A stretch of 64,000 bases of DNA from Chrysomallon squamiferum. Its lineage: Eukaryota; Animalia; Mollusca. A program made the position numbers and the translations under genes. The notes beneath the pieces were generated by a model. It saw only the letters and a program-made list of their open reading frames with translations, was not told the origin of the DNA and searched no databases. Of this stretch, positions 13,075 through 25,400 are shown one piece after another. The stretch lies in the NCBI GenBank assembly GCA_012295275.1, contig CM022675.1, positions 12,214,001 to 12,278,000 of the forward strand. Reading direction: 5' to 3'. Every line of letters begins with the position of its first letter. Position 1 is the first letter of the stretch.

Positions 13075-13138
<64 letters not shown>
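13009..13138 (+). repeat. GT/G-tract repeat followed by (GA)n, in presumed 3' UTR
   Basis: GGGTGGGTGGGT...GGGGGTATGGGGGTATGGGGGGTGTGGGGGTGTGGGGT then ~30 GA units. Confidence 0.9.
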
Positions 13139-13141
<3 letters not shown>

Positions 13142-14659
13142 ATATTTAAGTAATTTGTTATGTTAAAGTTAACAAATCCAGTTCTTGTTACTAATCATGC
13201 AGCCTCCAAAAATAGAAAAAAATTATGAAGAGTTACATTTTGCTTTAGTGCTTTTTTTATAATCTGCTGAACTAAATTACTGTAAAAATTATTTTGAGTT
13301 GTTATAACAGGAAAAGTGCATGAAATTTTCATCAATAGAATGCTAAACTATTTCATGTTACAGTGTTTTTATTTATTTAACATATGTATCTGTGATATTT
13401 TGTAATTTATTCTGTGTCTGTGATAATAGTATAGGTAATTTTAATTTTACGATTGTCTGAAAGAAATAATTCTATTTATATATAACATTTATTATTATAA
13501 TTATATACACAAGCGATTTTAGTCAAATATAGATAAATAGACTTGTTTTAACATAAAAATATTTTCTGATATGATTAGAAGTAATTTTCAGAATACTTTA
13601 AGAGGGGCATCAAAATTAAATGTTTATAAAATTATTTTAATGCACACACACACACACACACACACATTGACAGACACATAAAAAATACAATGCATGTACA
13701 TACTTATGCACAAATATATACATACATAAATTTAGCCAAAACATTTTTTTAATGAATCTGAACCAGAACATTTGTAATGCATGAACTCCCCTTTTTTCAA
13801 CAAAACATGTTAAAATTTTATTTTTTAATTATTTATTTTATTTTATTTATTTAATTTTGCTTACTTGCTTTGAGCATTACAAATCTTTAATGAGTTAAGT
13901 TCATTTAGTTATATTGTTGAATTTTTCACAATTTATGCACAAATAATTTATTTTAATTTTTATAATACAAATTTGAAAATATAATTTAGGAATGTTTTTG
14001 TACAGATTTAGCCAAAATTGGATTTATTTCATAATTAAAATCGTCTGTGTACAGTTCTTACCCTTTTTGTGAAATAAATTTTTAAAAATTTAGTTATATT
14101 TAATTTAAAAATTAATTTTTTAGATATCTGTGCAGCAGATACTTTAGTTAAATATGTAATTCTAAATATTTCTTTCATGTGCAGTATGTTCTCTAAATGA
14201 ATGAATGTTTGTATATTTTAATAAAATACATATTAATGCTGATATTTTTTGTTTCTCTGTTAATGCTGGAAATCTTACTGAAATGTTTTTTCTAAAATGA
14301 TGATGTGAGACAGGAAGTAAATCTTTTTATGAACTATTCTTAATGATTTTCAGATTTGCTTGTGCTAGCTAATCCTTGTATCAGTAATAAGAATGTCAAC
14401 AGAGGGTCTTATGCATTTTCTTTTATTAAAATAAGTTGTATATTAAATTCTTATCAAAATACCTTATATATAGTGTTATTAAAATTAGTTATACATTCTG
14501 TTAATAAAATGAGTTATATATCCTGTTGTTAAAGTAAGTTATGCAGAATAGATTACTTATAACTGGAACATTTATCCTTTTAATTTATATGATCTTATTA
14601 AAACAATATTCTCCCACCATAATAATAAAAATAAGAAAGAAATACGCTCTTTTATTCAA

Positions 14660-15440
14660 AAACGGTCTCGCGATGTCTGTCAAGGCGGTTCGAACCTTAC
14701 CGCTGGACGCCTGTCGCCAGATCGTTCTGCGAAACGAGCGCGTAACACCCAAAGCTCCGCGGAATTCACGGCTTTTTATGAATTCGGCAGACCGGATCAA
14801 CAATCATGACAGATGTGACATTTTACAGATAAAAAAACACTCTTCCGTCATACGTTGTAATAGTTTAATCATTTGTTAGTTCTTTAAAACTTTCTGCGGC
14901 AGTTTTTTCAAGTGTCAGCCAGTGCGATCGCCCCTCATACATTTCATGTTATGTTAAACATCCAATATTTATTTGAAAAATAGTGTTAAAAAACTCAGTT
15001 TAAAAGAACTTCAAACCTCATAGCCATGTACTTAAAATAAAATTGCTATTAAATTTACCGTATAAGCGAAATAGTAGAAAACAAATAATAGTGATACTGA
15101 AAAATTGTTGCGAAATACAGAATTTCATTGCTGCGTGATATTTTATTCACATTTTGATGCTCGTACTTATTCTGTAAAGGCTGGCAACTTTGATAACTGA
15201 AGCAGACCACAATGTGACAAGAAGAACGCTCGTCCTATAGTGTATAATACATCAGTGGTAGGCACGCTACAAGTTCTGACTCTTACACGAGTCACAAGAC
15301 TGTCACGAGATATAAATATTTCGAAATAACCCATGAAATCGTGTTCGAACACCTCAATAAAAATGTAACACGTATAGACGCACAAACGAATACACGCAAG
15401 GACGCAGGTGAATACAAGAGGCGTGGGCAAGGGATCTATG
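14660..15440. promoter_or_regulatory. CpG-rich island upstream of GPD1-like gene (promoter, first exon or structured RNA)
   Basis: Abrupt CpG/GC enrichment; GC-box-like GGCGTGGGC at 15421; minus-strand donor-like GCG|GTAAGG at ~14700; multiple hairpins in 14664-14820. Confidence 0.5.
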
Positions 15441-16323
15441 GGATAAAACCATTGACATAAATTATAATTACAAATAAATTCTTCTTCCTAAAACCATTTT
15501 ATATGACTTTTATAACACAAAAGCCGATATAACCAATATTATTATTTTGAATGTGTTACTGTTCACATTTGGAAAGTCGTTTGAAAAGTATTAATATAAA
15601 TGCACTAATCATGAAAACTATATAATAGTGTATTATTTTTGTTGTTGTTGTTACATATTTAGAACTAAATAGAAAAACGAAAATATTTATATGGTTATTT
15701 CTAAAATTGAAATAAATTTAAAATAAAAGGAAAAAAGAAAAGAAAACCAGAACCATCTGAAGTTTATTTATCATCTTTTCCCAGAGACTGAATGAATTTG
15801 GTCTTTTCATTCTTCCGAAGTTGCATACCTACTCACTACTCAGTCAGATACGCAAATATGTATCAAGACTGATATTGTTACATACCAGCTGAATAACAGT
15901 CACGTTTAAGAAACTGCACTGTTTATTTTAAAAAAAATTAAAAATTATGTTATTACAGTCGTGAATAGTTAGTTATCTTATAAAATTCGAAGACTGGAAA
16001 AACACTAAAACTCTAACTCAGTTACTGAGTTAGTAACTGCTGTTTAATTTTGTTGCCCTCGTCGACAGTCCTAAACTATGTTGACACCAGTCTTGATATT
16101 AAAATAACATTTCATATATAAATATAGGACTTAACAAAATTTTCGTGATTATGAAGTACGGTGATTTTTTGGAAAGAAACGTAGTATTGCTTATTTTATT
16201 TCGTGCAGTGTAAAAATATATATTCCGTCTCTGCTGGAGTTATCTAACCTTGAAACTAGCAGAGACGCCACCTGAATGTTCAAAGTTCGATTATAGTGTT
16301 GCGTTTGTGTGTATTGAGCAGTC

Positions 16324-19300
16324 ATGTCATCCAAGAAAAAAATCACGATTATTGGTTCAGGCAACTGGTAAAATTTAATGCATATTTAATATTTTTAAAT
16401 ATAATTTTTGGCATTAGTTTTAAAGAAAACTTGGCGATAAGTATATAAATTTTTCTCTCCTATTTCTAAGTTACCAGCGATTAAATATACTCGTCAAAAA
16501 TGGAAAAGAAATAATATTTATTTTAAATGATGCACAGCACAGTTTAACCATAAATAATCAGTTGGACGTATCATTAAAACTTTGAAAGAATACAACTTAC
16601 TAATAGTAATACTTAACCGCCTTCAACAAATGTAATATAAATATTAACACTTCATTTAAAAAGTAACTCAAAGTCTAAATCATAACTGAGATAGCAGATA
16701 CGAGATACTGAGATAAGATATATGAATACTTCACCTCTTCCCTTCTGTGTCAGAAAATAGTATCATTTACACCACATTAAAAAATGTTTAAGCAAGCTGT
16801 CTTTGCATGTACATTTTTTCATGAAATTTGAAAATGTAAGAAACACCATACTGAATTGTTGTTGTTTTTAATGGGTGTTCCAGACACATGGAAAGCATCT
16901 ATGTGTTTGGCACTCAGGGCAGTATTGGACTGGTCAGTGTCAGTCTGTTAAATGACTCCAGAACACATTTAGGTTAGCATGTTAAAGGAAGGGAAGTGCA
17001 GCATCAGCAGTGTTAACTTGATATTAAGATGTGATCCTGATTCCATGACAGGTTGTTGTGAAGTCTAGAGCTGTTTGAAGCCAGCATGTTAATAAGCTCT
17101 GTAACAGGCTGTAATTGTTTGATGGTTAGCAGTGAATGGTTAATGTTGGATAATTATTAATTTGATAAAGGATAGTAAAATCTATGGCATTTGAAACATC
17201 AGTTGTGAAGCTGCAGTTGTTTTGAGAAATAGCTAATTGATCCACTAAGAAGGATAGAACCTATGACCCATCTTACCTTAACTGGCATCTGTACCTGCAC
17301 ATTTACTTGATATGATTGATGAAATATTTAGATTATATTTTGAGATCTGTGTCACTGAAAACATATACTGTTTTAAATTTAAATTCTCTTTCAATTTAAG
17401 GGGTTCAGCCATTGCCAAGATAATAGGCAACAATGTGCTGGCACAGACTGATAAGTTTGAAAAGGAAGTTCGCATGTGGGTTTTTGAGGAGAAGGTGAAT
17501 GGACGAAACCTCACAGAAATTATCAATGAGGACCATGAGAATGTCAAATATCTGCCTGGAATCAAACTTCCAAAGAATATTGTACGTACATATCACTTCT
17601 AATGTAAATTACTTTATTTGTCATAAACTAAATGATAAGAAATGCTTTATGGACATTCCCCAAAAAAAAAAAACAATAAGATTAAAGCTGCTTGTAAAGT
17701 GTACCTTTTCTGGTATCAGATACAGAAACCAGAATTTATTTGTGTATTTCTATATGATCAGAACTGCATTAAAAATATTTTAAAGTACAGTTTATTGTAT
17801 TAGTTTGTAATCTAATTAAGAAATCCAGAATTTCTGTGTGTATTTTTATATTTATTTTAATTATTTTTTTTAAGAAAGCAATTTCTGACATAGTGGATGC
17901 TGCAAAGGGTGCTGACGTCTTGGTTTTTGTTCTTCCACACCAGTTCATGCCTCGAATCTGCAAACAGCTCAAAGACCACGTGAACTCAGGAGCAGTAGGA
18001 GTAACACTTATTAAAGTACGGTCCACCTTCATGTATCCAGTGATGTATTTTGTATACATGAAAACATTGTTTTATTGCATTTAAAAATGAACAGCTGATG
18101 TTAACAAAGTTTCAGAATGATAGTACAAGATATGGTATAGCTTGAGACGATTAATGCGAACTGGTATTAATGTAACATCACTTTTTGGTTTCCTTTTATT
18201 TTTATTTATTTAGTTTTTTGTTACATTCATTTATTTATTTTGTTCAGAATTAAAGAACTTCATTTTTTTCTTCTTTATTTAAGTATTATTGAAAATCAAT
18301 ACCATTTATTATTTTCCTATTAAAATTGAAAGTTATTAATATTTCATTTCATTTTGGAACTTTTCTAACTATTTTAGGGTTTTGACACAGTTGAGGGTGG
18401 TGGTATAGCTCTCATATCAGATATAATACGTAAAGTCCTGGGTATCCCCTGTGCTGTGTTGATGGGTGCTAACATAGCCAATGAAGTAGCTAATGAGAAT
18501 TACTGTGAAGCTACAATAGGTAATGTTTTCAGCATTTTTATATCCCAGTCTTTTATTTTTTGTTTTTATTTTTAACATTTTGTTGGAAATAAATCATGTG
18601 GCTTAAGTAAAACATTTTTATTGATACCAGTATGATGGAATTAGTCAGAATTCATACACAATGTTTTTAGAGGAAACTTTTTTTATTTCTTTTTTTTAGA
18701 GTTTTAACATATCCTGGTCTATATAGATTTATTAATAAATGTTTTGCAGACATCCCTTGATTAACATGATTAATTAATCTGTCTATTTTACAACATATAT
18801 TGAAATCAAACTTAATAATTAATGCTAAAATTATAACTGATGCTCAATTGACTCAAAACAATTCAGGTTCAGTTACCAAAAGAAATTCTTAATATCTTAT
18901 AAGGAAAATAAAAATGAAAGATATTTAAATGTTTATTAATTACAAAAATAATAGTTTTAACATTATTTTTAATAAATAAGAAAATGTATATACATATAAA
19001 ATTTGTTTCTCTAAATTGCACCAACAAGTTTGACGCTTCAAGGAAAGATTGATGTTAAATATTACCGTATTAATCAAATGTTGTGCGTAGCAAAACTGTT
19101 AAATTAGGGATGCCTATAATAATGGCCTTTTTTTCAATAATTTATTTTTTAAATTGTTTTTTCACTCCCAATTTTATAACTGATAAAGATTTCAAAAATT
19201 TAGATTGGAAATATATTTATAACAGTATTTATATGTTTGTATGGACTATTTTTATTGACCTCTTTATGAACTTTCTAAAAGACAGGAGAATACATTTCAT

Positions 19301-22300
19301 CCAGGTTTGATACAGAGCACAGGCTGGAATAGGCAATAGTCCAGAGAATTCACCAGGTAGTATTGATCCTACAACCATAACATTTCTGAACAAAGAGCTA
19401 TAGCCTGATCAACACTGACACATTTTTTTTTTTTCAATAACAATTTTCAATCCCAAATCATGCTTGTATTGTTTTTTTTGTTTTTTTATCTTTTAGGTTG
19501 TAAAGATAAAAAACTAGGTCAGATGTTGAAAACTATTTTCCAGACAGCGTATTTCAGAATTGTTGTGGTTGAAGATGAACAGACAGTGGAAGTGTGTGGA
19601 GCATTGAAGGTTAGATATCTGAAAAGGGAGAAATCATGTTATTTTTTAAATTCTTCTTCTTCTTATTAATATTATTACTCTTATTTTTATATGTATTATT
19701 GTTATTGTTATTATTATATTATTATCAATGTTGTTATTATTTCCTTTTTTTTATTTTTTTATTTTTTCTTTCATATAAAATATTGATGTTGTTCCACATA
19801 ATATTTTCAATAAATATTTAAAAAAACAATACAAATTGCATCCAGGTAATAGTTTCTACAGCCAAAACTAGGTATATTTTTGTCTGAATGTTTAGTTTGT
19901 TTTACCATTTATGTTTGAAGGTGTCCCTTGTTTTGAAAAGGATGTTGGAAACACTAACATAAACTGAACACAGATTTTAAAGATATTAATCTTAGTAAGT
20001 GAAAATAAGCCTGTTATGAGATGGATGAAATATTTAAGAAATACCAAATATTTTACGTCCTATAGCTGGTAACAGAAGATTTAACACTGGGATGTAGTAA
20101 TAAATGATGTAAAACTTTCTGTATTGTACAGAACATAGTAGCTGTTGGTGCAGGTTTTGCTGATGGTCTGGGATATGGTGATAACACAAAGGCAGCTCTC
20201 ATTAGACTGGGTCTCATGGAAATGGTTCACTTCTGCAGGGTTTTTTATCCTAGTGCGTCCCACACCATAATTTATATTATCAGTTCATTGCTATTATTAT
20301 TATTATTATTATTATTATGATCTTAATAATGTGAAGTACATTTTATTTGTAATTAATTCAAATTGTTTAAAGATAGTTTTATGGTAAATATTCTAATATA
20401 TACATTAATCCAATAATACATATTACAATGATGGTTTTTTTTTTTCAAATTTATTACAAGTGATCTGGGCTACTAATTATGAAATGGTTAAAGCTTTTAT
20501 TTATTAACTGTTCTTAATTAATGAATTAAAAAAAATAAAAAGTGTTTTAAGTAGCAAGACTTTCTCGTCAAACGTGAATTGGAGACAGTGATGAGTCTAC
20601 TTAATTAATGCCCCAGAATAGTAGATTTATAAAATCTTCCAGTTAAATAGTATTTGTATCTGAGGCATTAATGATTCTTCTTACCCTGTCAGACGTGTAA
20701 AAACTGAAAGAACTGACTCTCTGTTTCAGGTTCTAATCAGTCAACATTTCTAGAGAGTTGTGGAGTAGCTGATCTTGTTACAACTTGCTACGGTGGCCGG
20801 AACCGTCGCGTGGCAGAAGCATTTGCCAAGACTGGAAAGGTGTGATGATGTTTTATACACTATTTCATAATACAGCGGTTCCAGCTTGACTGTATGACAA
20901 ATACAGACCAGTCACCAAGTTCCTTTCTTAACCTGTTTAACAAATACAGACCAGTCACCAAGTTCCTTTCTTAACCTGTTTAACAAATACAGACCAGTCA
21001 CCAAGTTCCTTTCTTAACCTGTTTAACAAATACTGACCAGTTGTCATGTTGCTTTCTTTATGAGTTAACAAATCTTGGCCATTCGTTTTTTTTCTTTCTT
21101 TTCAGTCAATTGAGGAATTAGAGAAAGAGATGCTAAATGGTCAGAAAGTACAGGGACCACCTACAGCAGATGAAGTTAATATTATGCTGAAAAGAAAGAA
21201 GATGGAGGACAGGTTCGTTTAAACCAAATTAACTGTTGCTATCTTTCAGTTAAGGTTATAAAAAGTTATAATTTATAATGTATTCGGTATAGATTGTAAC
21301 TTTTGGCAGCATAAATGAAAATGAAAAGATTAAAAAAAGGATTGTGTTGATGATGATGATGATGATAATAATGATTTAAAATAATAAAAACATTAACCAG
21401 TTCTACCTTAGGATTACAGACTTAATGTTAGGATTTTGTTCTTTAATAAAACAAATTTAGTAGTTTCCACAGCTGCTTGTTTCTTGTCAAACAGACAGAA
21501 ATAAATAAAAGGCAATAAAATGAAAAATGTTTTAATGAAAGACTCATTTCTAACTGAGTTGCATGATCTGTTCAGGTAATAGACTTAATAGAGTCATCTT
21601 ACAGAAATGATAATAACTGTATCCAGCAAACCTGTTTCATAGAATTCTTATGTACTCTATTTTAATAAATTTGTTCATCTAATTTTATATATCTGAATTT
21701 TAAATTTTAAAACTATTTATTAAAACTGCTTAGTTTGTGATACTAAAAGTATTCTGTTTTTGAGAATTGATTCTAAGAATATGTACATAGCGGAATTTTA
21801 GCAAAAATATGACTTATCAGAACAGTAGAATGGTTCAAGATAGAGAAAAATGATTTTTAAATCATTAATATTTGTTATATTATTATTGTAGTTTATTTCT
21901 ATAATTTATTAACATCATAATTAATATTATTATCATTATTAATCATTATCATTAACATTATTATTATCATCATCATCATTATCATTATTATTACATTACT
22001 ATCATTATTATTAATTATCATCATCATCATAATTATTATCATTACTATCATCATTGTCATTATTATTATTAATTAGAGATGGCCATAACCTTAGCAGACC
22101 AATTCCCTACAGAAAGGCTCACTGGGCTTGTTTACCTTTCCATATGTTTTTTTATTTTGTTTTGTATTGTTTTATTTTATTTTAAGATGTGCTTTCATAT
22201 TCATAGGAAATTGTGCATAAAATTAGTTTTTCCTTCTGCTGTTAAGCATTTGAGAAATAACCATTGCTTCAAAATCTTTTGAATAATCATTGATTATTGT

Positions 22301-22440
22301 TTTATCATCCTTTATTAATATTTGTACTTTTTTCTTTCTTCAGATTTCCTCTATTCACAGCTGTATATAAAATCTGCAAAGGTGAAACAAAAGTTGAGGA
22401 ATTAATAACCTGTTTGAAACAACACCCTGAACACATGTGA
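16324..22440 (+). CDS. GPD1: Glycerol-3-phosphate dehydrogenase [NAD+], cytosolic (GPD1/GPD1L-like), 9 exons, 351 aa
   Basis: Exons 16324-16367, 17401-17581, 17875-18015, 18378-18519, 19497-19609, 20132-20252, 20730-20839, 21106-21212, 22344-22440 total 1056 nt, all GT-AG. Hallmarks: IIGSGNWGSAIAKI (Rossmann), [49 protein letters not shown] (catalytic Lys), [33 protein letters not shown]-terminal HPEHM*. Confidence 0.97.
17222..17275 (-). mobile_element. Decayed tRNA-derived SINE fragment
   Basis: Minus strand carries B-box-like GGTTCTATCC; a loosely related segment lies at ~19315-19410. Assignment is by motif resemblance only. Confidence 0.35.
20897..21075. repeat. 43-bp minisatellite in GPD1 intron 7
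   Basis: CAAATACAGACCAGTCACCAAGTTCCTTTCTTAACCTGTTTAA x3 plus a degenerate copy. Confidence 0.9.
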
Positions 22441-25400
22441 TGTTCAGTCTGACTTAATTAATGAACTAAATACCTTGAAATTCAAAATAATTACCACTAT
22501 GTGTTTTATTTGGCCTATTTATTTTTGTTCAGGCCTAAGGATTTTGTGTGATGGTAAAATTATATTTAACCAAGACCTTTCTGTGACCAAAATTACCAAA
22601 TATTTTTTAAAAATAATGAAAATTTTAAATTGATAATGCTAGTAATAATCAAGACACTTTTCTATTTACTTTTTAATATCTCTTAAACATTAATTTATAT
22701 GACTTTAATTACTGAACTTTAATTTTTCTGCTAAACCATGAATTAGTTTTATCTTTGGATTTTACTGAAAGCAGTCAGCAGTTACATTGTTCACTAGCCA
22801 CCAAATAACAAAAATATGAATAATGTTAAACTTTCTTGATTAGCCTCATAATTAGTCTGAATAAATGTTTTGCCCAGGTCCATCCCTGAAAGATAGGCTT
22901 GAAAATGCTTGATTCCAGGGTTGTCTAGATTATGACATACAAAAAACTATTTTTTAAACTTAGAGACTCTGTATTTGTGAGGGATGGCGATCTCTCAGAA
23001 CTACTGAATCTGATACCAGATCTGTCTCGGTGTAAGCTGTTTTTGTCCTCTGTAATCAGCTCATTATTATGTTACAGTAATTCTATCTGTTTTGTGTCAC
23101 TAATGTATGGTATGCAAGTATATTATTAAAAGTTACTGAAATTACCAAATTAATTGTGAAACAAAATATAAAAATAAGAAATATTACTGCTGTTAACATT
23201 TAGTTGCCAGATATTTAGTCCATATTTTTTTTCAGTAATGTTAATCTGTTTGTCTTGTTTATGTGTACACTTTTTATTATAAATTAATTATTGAAATTAG
23301 ATAACTAATTATGAAACCAAATATACAATCACTGCATTAACAGGAAAATTAATAACAAATAACAAAATCCTCAGGCCTGATGCTACTTAATTTTTATTAT
23401 TGTTATTATTATTATTATTTTGTTTTATTTTATTATTATTTTTTTTTTTTTTTGGTATTAAGAAAATTTCAATGAAAAATTAATTTGTCAAACAGAGGGG
23501 CCATTAGTAGATTAGTAGATTAGTTCTGTAATTTCTAATACAGACGTTTGCCATCTCTTAAATTACATATTTGATTAAACCTGTCCCCTTGTTACCCACT
23601 AACTTATTCTTGCCCTAAATCCTTCAACGTAAAATAATTGTTGAACGGATCCCAAAAAGGTTTTTTGATGTGATTTTTATATAGAATAGTATTCATCATT
23701 ATTATGATTTATATATATTCTTTTTACACAAATAACTAGTGCAATGAAAACTTGTGATTTTTTTTTTTAAACATTTTACTGAACAGGAAAAATATAGACT
23801 GAACAAAAGTTTTGATATTATTGATATGATTTTGAAAATATACTTCTTAACATTTTAAAAACAAAGTATTTATTATTATTAATAATAATTATTAATTAAT
23901 TATTAAATTAATTAATTTTGGTTTATTTATTATTTATTTAAAAAAAATCCATGTAACAAAAAGAACAAAACTTGCCACATTTTATAATAGCATTTATATA
24001 GTAATTGTAATCTTCTTGAAGTTAATACATTTTTCAGTCAAGGAGTTTGTACAGTTCAGAACAGTTATAACTTTAATACAGCAATAATGTATTTTATAAA
24101 CTTTTAATCTTTAATTTACAATCAGTATTAGATAACGAAGATATAAAATAATTATAAAAACAACAGTCATAGCGTCCAAAACCTGTACATGTTCATTATG
24201 TTGTTATTGTCTTTGTTATTGTTGTCATTATTATTATTTTTTTTTTGTAATTGCAATTGTATTATTTTTATTTATTTATTTATTTATTTTTTGTTAACAT
24301 CTTTTAACAAACCAGAATTCATATTTTAGCCTAGTGACCTCAGAATTTCATCATGATTCGTTTCTTAAATATTGTGGAGCATAAAATAACTGTTTTGTGT
24401 GCTATGTGTATTTAATATAGTGATTATATTGCTTGTAACAAAAATTAAATATTTTAACAGGACCATAAAATAATACAGTCATGAAAGATGCACAGATGAT
24501 GATATTAGTTTTTCTTTAAGTATTATTTCGTGAATTTAAAAGAAAGAGGGCTAAAAATCTCTTCTTTGACAGAAATCATATCTAAGTCAGTTAATGACAA
24601 GGTGTGTGTGTGTGTGTGTGTTTTGTCATTAAAAAATCCTTTTTGGATTTTTAAACATGTAGTGTTGAGATTCTTAATTTTCAATGGATAACAATTCTGA
24701 AGTTCTAGAAAAATATTTTGTAGCTGATTTTTGATTATTTCAGTGGTTACTAGATACAAAACAGCAGCTTGAAATCCTGTAGTATGTATTTATATATACC
24801 ACAACAATTACACTTTAGTTTAATGTGGTTTTTTGTTATATTTTTATCAATTGTTGTTTTATCATGCAAATTGAATGTAGAACATAGATGTTTATGCTGT
24901 ATGTTTGTGCTTAAATTGTATTCTCTCTGTGCCCCACTGTCTGTTTCTTTTTCTTTTTATGTTGGTTACTTTGTATTTGTATAATAGTCTGTTTTGTTTC
25001 ACCTATTTTTTTCTGGGTTTTTCTTAATTCATTTGACTTTGTATGTTGTGTTATACACTGACATAATAAACCTGAGTCAGATTAAATCTATTACTGAAAC
25101 TGAGTAATTTTGTCCATTTTATGAACATCTGAAATTTCTATACAACAAATTAGTCTGAGATTGATACACTCATAAAATTAATACTTAAAATGAAATTTCA
25201 TCCAAACCAATGAGATAAATAATTGGCAGCTGAAAGAGAAGACAATAAAAATCAATTCCCTCCTGAAACTTTTGTGTTTTGTTGATTTTTTTAAATTACT
25301 GGTCATTGCAGTTGATTTTGAAATCATTATTTTTATTGTTTCATAAATATTCTTTAAAAATCAAGTTCATTTTGATGTCATTGTTTTTCATCACTAAATT

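Noticed and set aside
14541-14879. 112-aa (+) and 72-aa (-) ORFs as proteins
   Set aside because: No recognisable motifs; openness is explained by the local GC richness.
14660-14963. Canonical 7SK, vault RNA or tRNA gene
   Set aside because: Partial motif resemblance only; internal T7 run, no 7SK 3' hairpin and no cloverleaf. Kept only as an unclassified structured candidate.
22438-22452. Stop-codon readthrough of GPD1 to a peroxisomal PTS1
   Set aside because: Context is TGA TGT, not TGA CTA; the extension would be X-C-S-V*, with no SKL-like signal.
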